Origin: Anaeromyxobacteraceae bacterium
GTDB lineage: Bacteria; Myxococcota; Myxococcia; Myxococcales; Anaeromyxobacteraceae
Direction: 5' to 3'
Assembly (NCBI GenBank): GCA_032654565.1
Contig: JAULAX010000009.1
Coordinates: forward strand, 1 to 64,000
DNA length: 64,000 nucleotides
The notes beneath the pieces are model-generated. The model ran no database searches. It was not told the DNA's origin and saw only the letters and a list, made by a program, of their open reading frames with translations. Position 1 is the first letter of the stretch; every line of letters starts with the position of its first letter. A program made the translations under genes and the position numbers. This document shows, in pieces, positions 57,077-64,000 of this stretch.

Positions 57077-59093
57077 GGTCGGCTCCTCCGGGTGGCGCCA
57101 GCGCCCCCAGCTTGGGACGCTCGGCCGGCCTCGGCCCGGCCGGCGGCGAGCGGGCCGGCGGCGCCGGTCGCGGCGGCTCGGGCGCCACCCCGCCCCGCTC
57201 GGCCTCGTCCTGGGCCTTGAGCTTGAAGTAGCTGCGCACCAGCTCCACCGCGGTGGGGGCGGCGTTGGTGGAGCCGAAGCCGGAGTGCTCGTTGAGCACC
57301 ACCACCACCACCTGCGGGTCGTCGGCGGGGGCGAAGACCGCGAACCAGGCGTGGTCGCGCTCGAAGTAGTCGACCTGGTCGGCCTTGAGCCGCCGCGCCC
57401 CCAGCTTGACCACCTGCGCCGTCCCGGTCTTGCCGGCCATCTTCACGTCGGGGAGCCGCTGCCAGTAGGCGGTGCCGTAGGGCTCGTTGACCGCCGCCAG
57501 CAGCCCCTTGAGCACGGTCTCGCGCGTCGAGGGCTTGAGGTCGACCCGGCCGCGCTCCTGCGGCGCGAACTCCTGCAGCACCCGGCCGCTGGTGTCCTCG
57601 ACGCGCAGCACCACCTGCGGCTTCCAGAGGACGCCGGTGGCCAGCGCCCCGTAGAGGACCAGCTGCTGCATGGGGGTGACGTTCAGGTCGCCCTGGCCGA
57701 TGGCGAGGTTGACCGCCATGCCCTTCTGGTAGCCCCCCGGCAGCCGCTCGTCGTGCCAGGCCACGTCGGGGATGACCCCGGGCACCTCGCCGGCGATGTC
57801 GAAGCCGGTGGGCGCCCCCAGGCCGAGCTTGCGCCCCCACTTGGCGATCAGGTCGGCGCCCAGCTGGGCCCCGGCCTGGTAGTAGAAGACGTCGCAGCTG
57901 GCCCCCAGGGCGTGGGTGAAGTCGACGGCGCCGTGCCCGGCCTCGTTGTCGCAGCGCCAGCGCATCGCCCCCATGTTGAAGTGGCCGGGGCAGTTGACCA
58001 GCGTGCCGGGGCGGTAGAGCCCCTCCTCCAGCGCCGCGATCGAGGTCACCGCCTTGAAGGTGGAGCCGGGGTGGTAGTGCTGCTGGATGGCGCGGAAGAG
58101 CTCGGGCTGGAGCGGGTCGTCGTGGATCCTGGCCAGCTCGGCGCTGCTGATGCGCCCCGACATCTTGTTGGGGTCGGGCGCCGGGCGGTCCACCAGGGCC
58201 AGCAGGAAGCCGGTCCGGGCGTCCATGGCCAGCACCACGCCGGCGGTGGCCGGGAAGGTCCTCTCGGCCAGCTCCTGCAGCCGCCAGTCGAGCGAGAGGA
58301 CCAGGTTGCGCCCCGGCGTGGCGGTGACCAGCCGGTTCTCCTCGGCGATGAAGTCGCCCTCCTTCTCGCGCCCCTTGGCGTCGACGGCGATGCGCCGCTT
58401 GCCGTCCACCCCGCGCAGCTCGCGCTCGAACCGCCTCTCCAGGCCGCGCCGGCCGGTGTAGTCGCCCAGCAGGTAGGGCCCCTGGGGGCTGCCGGCCCGG
58501 GCCAGCTCCTCGTTGAGCCGGCGCAGCTCCTCGGCCCCCACCTCGTTCATGTAGCCGATCAGGTGGCCGCCAAGCCCGCCGTAGCGGTAGCTGCGGTGTG
58601 GCATGGGCTGGACGTCGACGCCGGGCAGGTCCATGGCGTTGGCCTCCAGCACGTCGAGCTCCTCGCGCTTGACGTCCACCTTCACCGTGAAGGGGCGGAA
58701 CCGCTCCAGCTTGCGGGCCCCGCTGAGCTGGGCCTGCGAGCGCTCCACCTCCTCCGGGGCCAGGGAGAGCACCGCCGCCAGCCGGGCCAGGATGTCGCCG
58801 CACTGCTTGCCGCAGTAGAAGGGGGTGAGGGTGACGTTGAAGCTGGGGCGCGAGTCGACCAGCACCTTGTGGTTGCGGTCGAGGATCTGGCCGCGGTCGG
58901 CCGGGACCCGCAGCTCCTTGACGTAGTTCTCGTCGGCCTTCCCCTTGAGCTCGTCGCCGCGGACGATCTGCAGCAAGTAGAGGCGGGAGAGCAGCGCCAG
59001 GAAGGCGGCCACGATCACCACCGTGGCCCAGGCCAGCCTGGGCCTGAACTCGCGCTGCACGGCGCCGCCTGGCGTGGTGGGGAGGATCGACAT
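57069..59093 (-). CDS. mrdA: Penicillin-binding protein 2
   Basis: RGQILDRN, PGSTFK, SCD, KTGTAQ. Confidence 0.96.
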   Translation of the reverse strand: MSILPTTPGGAVQREFRPRLAWATVVIVAAFLALLSRLYLLQIVRGDELKGKADENYVKELRVPADRGQILDRNHKVLVDSRPSFNVTLTPFYCGKQCGDILARLAAVLSLAPEEVERSQAQLSGARKLERFRPFTVKVDVKREELDVLEANAMDLPGVDVQPMPHRSYRYGGLGGHLIGYMNEVGAEELRRLNEELARAGSPQGPYLLGDYTGRRGLERRFERELRGVDGKRRIAVDAKGREKEGDFIAEENRLVTATPGRNLVLSLDWRLQELAERTFPATAGVVLAMDARTGFLLALVDRPAPDPNKMSGRISSAELARIHDDPLQPELFRAIQQHYHPGSTFKAVTSIAALEEGLYRPGTLVNCPGHFNMGAMRWRCDNEAGHGAVDFTHALGASCDVFYYQAGAQLGADLIAKWGRKLGLGAPTGFDIAGEVPGVIPDVAWHDERLPGGYQKGMAVNLAIGQGDLNVTPMQQLVLYGALATGVLWKPQVVLRVEDTSGRVLQEFAPQERGRVDLKPSTRETVLKGLLAAVNEPYGTAYWQRLPDVKMAGKTGTAQVVKLGARRLKADQVDYFERDHAWFAVFAPADDPQVVVVVLNEHSGFGSTNAAPTAVELVRSYFKLKAQDEAERGGVAPEPPRPAPPARSPPAGPRPAERPKLGALAPPGGADRG

Positions 59094-59099
59094 GCGCGC

Positions 59100-59609
59100 T
59101 CAGGGGGCCAGCTCGGAGGGCCGCTCGCCCAGCAGCCCGTCGAGCCGGCGCAGCCCCCACCGCAGCGGCGGCGAGAGCAGCGCGGTGAGCAGGGCCGCCA
59201 GGGCGATGCGGGAGAGGAGCGCCCAGGAGGGCCGCAGCTCCAGGGTGGCCGCCGAGCGGGCCAGCGCCACGGCCCCGGCCGAGAGGAAGAAGGCGGCGAA
59301 GCCGCAGAGCGCGGCGAAGCCGGCCCACCCCCGCACCTCGAAGCCCAGGCGGATGAGCCGGAGGCCGAGGAAGGTGGCCACCGACAGCGAGGTGAGCAGC
59401 CCCTTGGTCCCGCCCCCGGCCACGTCGAGGACGAAGCCGACCGCGGCCGCCGCCACCGCCCCGTCGACCCGCTCGGCGGTGAGCGCCAGGTGGACCAGCA
59501 GCACCACCGGCAGGAAGAGGGTGAAGGCGCCGCCGCCGACGTGGCGCAGCAGCGCCGCCTGCAGGCCGACCAGCACCAGGGCCACCGCGGCGTGGAGCAG
59601 CGCCCTCAC
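59100..59609 (-). CDS. mreD: Rod shape-determining protein MreD
   Basis: Hydrophobic ORF of about 170 aa between mreC and mrdA with GTGA overlap. Confidence 0.78.
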   Translation of the reverse strand: MRALLHAAVALVLVGLQAALLRHVGGGAFTLFLPVVLLVHLALTAERVDGAVAAAAVGFVLDVAGGGTKGLLTSLSVATFLGLRLIRLGFEVRGWAGFAALCGFAAFFLSAGAVALARSAATLELRPSWALLSRIALAALLTALLSPPLRWGLRRLDGLLGERPSELAP

Positions 59610-60481
59610 GGCGCCTTCCCCGGCGCCAGCGCCGCCGGCATCAGCTGCCGCTCCCGGCTCCCCGAGGTGATCACCAGCACCTCCTCGGCCCGGGTCGGGT
59701 CGACGCTGGGGATCACCGAGCCCTCCAGGAAGAGGCCGTGGGCGGCGCGCTGCAGCCGGGTGACCCGCCCCACCGGCAGCCCGGCCGGGAAGACCGCGTC
59801 GGTGCCCGAGGTGACCAGCAGGTCCCCCTCGATGACGTCCTCGCTCCGCACCGCGTGGTCGAGCCGCGCCAGGCCGGGGTGGCCGAGGCCGCGCACGTTG
59901 GCGCGGGCCCGGGTCCGCTCCACCCGCACCGCGATCGAGGAGTTGCGGTCGATGGCCAGCAGCACCTCGGCGCTGCCGCCGCCGGTGGAGTGGATCCGCC
60001 CCAGCACCCCCTCGGCGGTGATCACCGGCATGCCGCGCGAGAGGCCGTCGTCGCTCCCCTTGTCGAGGGTGACCAGCTGCAGCCCGGAGGGCTCGGCGCG
60101 GACGCCGATGACCCGGGCCCCGGTGTAGCTGCGCGCCGGGGCGGCCTCGGCCAGCGCCAGCAGGCGCCGCAGCCGGTCGTTCTCGCCGGCCTCGTGCTGC
60201 AGCTCCTGCAGCCGCAGCGCCAGCGCCTGGTTCTCCTTGAGCAGCGCGCCGGCGCGCCGGTGCGAGCCGCGCAGCGCCACGTAGCCGTGCCACGCCTCCA
60301 GCGAGCCGACCACCACCGCGCCCACCGCCCGCTCCAGCGGGGCCACGAGGGTGAGCACGGCGCGATCGACGCGCGAGAGTTGGCTCGGCTTCTTGGCGTT
60401 CGCGAAGAAGACGGCCAGCGGGAAGAGCAGCAGGACCGCGACCAGGATCAGCTCGCGGTACCGCCGAAGGAGGGACAGCAC
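59606..60481 (-). CDS. mreC: Rod shape-determining protein MreC
   Basis: TM + coiled coil ENDRLRRLL, LDKGSDDG, GDLLVTSG...FPAGLPVG. Confidence 0.95.
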   Translation of the reverse strand: MLSLLRRYRELILVAVLLLFPLAVFFANAKKPSQLSRVDRAVLTLVAPLERAVGAVVVGSLEAWHGYVALRGSHRRAGALLKENQALALRLQELQHEAGENDRLRRLLALAEAAPARSYTGARVIGVRAEPSGLQLVTLDKGSDDGLSRGMPVITAEGVLGRIHSTGGGSAEVLLAIDRNSSIAVRVERTRARANVRGLGHPGLARLDHAVRSEDVIEGDLLVTSGTDAVFPAGLPVGRVTRLQRAAHGLFLEGSVIPSVDPTRAEEVLVITSGSRERQLMPAALAPGKAP

Positions 60482-60602
60482 GAGGTCTCCGGCTGGGGCA
60501 AAATCCCTTGCATTTTAGCGACTATTGACTAGGTTCTTCAACCTTCCGGCGCGCCCTCGCGCCGATTCTTCCACGCACCCGCCACAGGAGCCGTCAGCGC
60601 CC

Positions 60603-62168
60603 ATGCTGGACAACCTCAGAGCGAACAAGGGCGGCATCATCACCTACGTCTTCCTGTTCGCGATCATCGTCGTCTTCGTGGTCAGCTTCGGCCCCGGCTC
60701 CTTCGACAAGGGCTGCTCCGGCGGCCAGGCGCCGGCCTGGGCGGCCCGGGTCAACGGCGAGACCGTCTCGGTGACCGAGTACGACCGGGCCTACTCCAAC
60801 CTGCTGCGCAACTTCCAGCAGCAGGCCGGGCAGGCCTTCTCCCGCGAGCTGGCCGAGCAGCTGGGGCTGTCGAAGATCGCCCTCGACCAGGTGGTCGACC
60901 GGGCCCTGGTGGTGGCCGAGGCCCGCACACAGGGGCTGGCCATCTCCGACGAGGAGCTGGCCCGCACCATCCTCGAGATCCCCGGCTTCCAGGTGGACGG
61001 CAAGTTCGACCGGGAGTCGTACAAGCGGGCGGTGGCCAGCGCCTACGGCTCGGAGAGCCGCTTCGAGTCGGTGCTGCGCGAGGACCTGCTCTACCAGCGG
61101 ATGCTGGCCGGGCTGCGCGAGACCGTGAAGGTCGCCGACGCCGAGGTCAAGGCGGCCTGGTCGGCCGAGCACGACCGCGCCTCGCTCACCTTCGTCCGCT
61201 TCCCGCTGGCCGGCGCCCGCCTCGAGGCCAGGAAGCCCGGCCCCGCCGAGGTGGCCGCCTTCGCCGCCAAGGAGGGGCCGCGCCTGGAGAAGTTCTGGAA
61301 GGAGAACCCGGCCCGCTTCGACCAGCCCCGGAAGGTGAAGGCCCGCCACATCCTCGTCAAGGTCGCCGCCGGCGGCGACGAGAAGGCGGCCCGGGCCCGC
61401 ATCGAGGCCCTGGCGGCCCGGGTGCAGAAGGGCGAGCCCTTCGCCACGGTGGCCGTCCAGGCCTCCGAGGACGAGAACACCAAGGCGCGGGGCGGCGAGC
61501 TCGGCTTCATCAGCGAGGGGCTGGTGGAGAAGCCCTTCGCCGACGCCGCCATGGCGCTGGCCCCCGGCAAGGTCTCCGGCCCGGTCCGCACCGGCTCCGG
61601 CTTCCACCTCATCCAGGTCGACGAGGTGGTCGAGGCCCGGCAGGTGCCGCTCGAGGTGGCCCGCCCGCTCATCGCCGCCGAGCTGCTGGTCGAGGATCGC
61701 GCCGCGGCGCTGGTCGCCGAGCGGAGCGCGGCGGCGCTGGCGGCCGTGAAGGGCGGCCAGTCCCTCACCGCCCTCTTCCCCGCCGAGGCCTCCGGCAAGA
61801 AGGTGGTCAAGCTGGGCGGGATGACCGTGGCCGCCGAGTCGACCGGCCTCTTCGGCATCGAGGCCGCCTACCTGCCCAAGCTGGGCAACGTCCCCGGGCT
61901 GGCCGCCGCCGCCATGACCGGCGCCGTCGGCGCCCCGCTCCCCACGGTGTTCGCCTCGGCCCAGGGGCCGGTGGTGGCGGTGGTGGAGAAGCGCGAGCAG
62001 CCCGACCCGGCGCGCTACGAGGGCCAGAAGGCCGACGTGGCCACCCGGCTGCGCAACCGGCGCGAGGCGCAGGTGCAGTCGGCCTGGCTGAAGCAGCTGC
62101 GCGACGCCGGCAAGGTCGAGGTCAACCCGGCGCTGGCGTCGGGGGCGCCCCGGCCCCCCGCCGAGTAG
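60603..62168 (+). CDS. SurA N-terminal domain / PpiC-type peptidyl-prolyl isomerase (PpiD-like)
   Basis: N-terminal TM, ARVNGETVS, KARHILVK, SED...GGELG, VSGPVRTGSGFHLI. Confidence 0.88.
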   Translation: MLDNLRANKGGIITYVFLFAIIVVFVVSFGPGSFDKGCSGGQAPAWAARVNGETVSVTEYDRAYSNLLRNFQQQAGQAFSRELAEQLGLSKIALDQVVDRALVVAEARTQGLAISDEELARTILEIPGFQVDGKFDRESYKRAVASAYGSESRFESVLREDLLYQRMLAGLRETVKVADAEVKAAWSAEHDRASLTFVRFPLAGARLEARKPGPAEVAAFAAKEGPRLEKFWKENPARFDQPRKVKARHILVKVAAGGDEKAARARIEALAARVQKGEPFATVAVQASEDENTKARGGELGFISEGLVEKPFADAAMALAPGKVSGPVRTGSGFHLIQVDEVVEARQVPLEVARPLIAAELLVEDRAAALVAERSAAALAAVKGGQSLTALFPAEASGKKVVKLGGMTVAAESTGLFGIEAAYLPKLGNVPGLAAAAMTGAVGAPLPTVFASAQGPVVAVVEKREQPDPARYEGQKADVATRLRNRREAQVQSAWLKQLRDAGKVEVNPALASGAPRPPAE

Positions 62169-62189
62169 CCCGCCGGCCTCGCCGCCGCC

Positions 62190-62762
62190 ATGATCCTGAC
62201 GCTCGCCTCCGCCAGCCCGCGCCGCCGCGAGCTGCTGGGTGGGCTCGGCTTCACGCTCCAGGTCCGCCCCGCCCACGCCGACGAGTCGGTGCACCCCGGG
62301 GAGCCCCCCCGCGACTACGTGGAGCGGGTGGCGCGGGCCAAGGCCCGGGCGGTGGACGGGGAGCTGGTGCTGGCCGCCGACACCACCGTGGCCGTCGACG
62401 GCCGGATCCTCGGCAAGCCGGCCGACGCCGCCGACGCCGCCCGCATGCTGCGGCTCCTCTCCGGCCGGACCCACCAGGTGATCTCGGCGGTCTGCGTGCG
62501 CCGACCGGCGGTGCGGCTGGAGCAGGCCGCCGTGGTCGCCACCGAGGTCGACGTGGCGCCGCTCGACGAGCGCGTCATCGCCTGGTACGTGGCCAGCGGC
62601 GAGCCGCTCGACAAGGCCGGCGCCTACGCGGTGCAGGGGCTCTTCGGGGCCTTCGTGCGGGCGGTGCGCGGCAGCGTCACCGGGGTGATCGGCCTGCCCC
62701 TCGACGAGACCCTGGCGCTGCTGCGGCGGGCCGGCCACCGGCTCCCCTGGGAGTCGGAGTAG
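62190..62762 (+). CDS. maf: Maf-family nucleoside triphosphate pyrophosphatase
   Basis: [40 protein letters not shown]. Confidence 0.95.
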   Translation: MILTLASASPRRRELLGGLGFTLQVRPAHADESVHPGEPPRDYVERVARAKARAVDGELVLAADTTVAVDGRILGKPADAADAARMLRLLSGRTHQVISAVCVRRPAVRLEQAAVVATEVDVAPLDERVIAWYVASGEPLDKAGAYAVQGLFGAFVRAVRGSVTGVIGLPLDETLALLRRAGHRLPWESE

Positions 62763-62885
62763 CTCGAAGGAGGGTGCCTCTGCTGGCTGGGCGTCCCGAA
62801 TGGGGCGTAGCCGGCCCACCTGGGATCCTTCAAGGGTACTGGATCCTCCTGTCCGCCGCCCCCTCGTCGTAACCGGGAGTCACTC

Positions 62886-64000
62886 ATGCCGTCGCGAAGC
62901 CTCCACGCCGCCGCGCTCGTCCTCGCCGCCGCCGCCCTGCTCGCCGCCCCGCCCCTGGCCCGGGCCGAGGCCAAGGCCGACCCCATCAAGATCGGCATCG
63001 TCGGGCCCATGGCCTTCATCCAGGGCGAGGACGCCTGGAACGGCGCCAGCCTGGCCGCCGACCAGCTCAACGCCGCCGGCGGGGTGCAGGTCGGCGCCGT
63101 GAAGCGCCCCGTCCTGCTGGTCAAGGTCGACACCAACGAGATCCTCAACGTCGGCGACGCCACCAACGCCCTGGAGCGGGCCCTCACCCGCGACAAGATC
63201 GACTTCGCGGTGGGCGGCTTCCGCTCCGAGGCGGCGCTGGCCATGCAGGAGGTGGCCGCCGACGCCAAGAAGATCTTCATCGTCACCGGCGCCTCGCTCG
63301 ACAAGATGAGCGCCAACGTGGTGGCCGACTACGAGCGCTACAAGTACTGGTTCCGCATCCTCCCGCCCCGCTCCTCCGATCTGGTCAAGGCCAGCTACGC
63401 CATGCTGGGGGCCATCGCCGCCCAGGTGAAGGCCGAGCTGGGCGTCCCGGTGGTCAAGGTGGCGGTCCTGGCCGAGAAGGCCGCCTGGACCGAGGGCTTC
63501 GTCAAGGCCGCCCAGGCCAACATCCCCAAGATGGGCATGGAGCTGGTCGGCGTCTTCCAGCCCTCGGCCACCGCCACCGACGTCGGCCCGGACCTCACCG
63601 CCATCAAGGCCACCGGCGCCCACCTGGTCTTCACCGCCGTGTCCGGCCCCATGGGCGTGGCCCTGGGGCGCCAGGCCGGCGAGCTGCGGCTCCCGGCCAT
63701 CGTCTTCGGCATCAACGTCGAGGCCCAGAAGGAGACCTTCTGGAAGTCCACCGGCGGCAAGGGCAACTACGTCAGCACCCTCAACTTCTACGCCGACGTG
63801 GAGTCGACCCCCAAGACCATGCCCTTCGTCGAGGCCTTCCGGAAGAAGTTCGGGCGGCTGCCGACCTACACCGCCTCCAGCTACGACGCGGTGATGATCC
63901 TGGCGGCCGCCGTGACCGGGGCCGGCTCGGTGTCCAGCGACCTGGTGGTGCCGGTGCTGGAGAAGACCGACACCATCGGCACCTCCAGCCGCCTCACCTT
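62886..64000 (+). CDS. Branched-chain-amino-acid-type ABC transporter substrate-binding protein (runs off window end)
   Basis: Signal peptide then DPIKIGIVGP, QLNAAGGV, YWFRI, YDAV; GGGAG RBS. Confidence 0.85.
   Translation, partial: MPSRSLHAAALVLAAAALLAAPPLARAEAKADPIKIGIVGPMAFIQGEDAWNGASLAADQLNAAGGVQVGAVKRPVLLVKVDTNEILNVGDATNALERALTRDKIDFAVGGFRSEAALAMQEVAADAKKIFIVTGASLDKMSANVVADYERYKYWFRILPPRSSDLVKASYAMLGAIAAQVKAELGVPVVKVAVLAEKAAWTEGFVKAAQANIPKMGMELVGVFQPSATATDVGPDLTAIKATGAHLVFTAVSGPMGVALGRQAGELRLPAIVFGINVEAQKETFWKSTGGKGNYVSTLNFYADVESTPKTMPFVEAFRKKFGRLPTYTASSYDAVMILAAAVTGAGSVSSDLVVPVLEKTDTIGTSSRLT

Noticed and set aside
59606..60602. mreB missing upstream of mreC
   Set aside because: As I recall, mreB is unlinked from mreCD in myxobacteria, so this is an expected layout.
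62763..62885. Possible riboswitch before the ABC substrate-binding gene
   Set aside because: Only paired GGATCC sites seen; no aptamer consensus I can recognise. An Rfam scan would settle it.

Overview
High-GC chromosomal window of a Myxococcota bacterium, most likely Anaeromyxobacter-like (inferred from an asgB-like gene next to purH, mreCD-mrdA-rodA without mreB, and PEGA/PilZ/Ser-Thr kinase genes). Mostly housekeeping: rnr, moeA, yggX, tRNA-Ala(GGC), hemB, lptFG, purE/purD/purH, proC, truD, ccsA-hemACD, trxA, lldD, rodA-mrdA-mreD-mreC, a PpiD/SurA-like isomerase and maf. Two accessory elements stand out. (1) A group II intron (about 1-2012, minus strand) whose GTGCG 5' end directly follows an ATG that has a TAnnnT hexamer 6 nt upstream; that ATG is in frame with the RT ORF through the whole 5' ribozyme. 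(2) A roughly 2 kb cassette between the convergent truD and VOC genes encoding a DUF222-like/HNH protein, preceded by a RecA-NDp/PafBC-like promoter motif and bracketed by a 10-bp inverted repeat. Also notable: an unannotated 35-aa very basic protein with a strong RBS, a class III PLP enzyme + kinase-like protein + Ntn hydrolase operon that may be an amino-alcohol catabolic route, and a 1-nt frameshift in a sarcosine-oxidase-beta-like gene. All calls come from reading motifs by eye; no searches were run.
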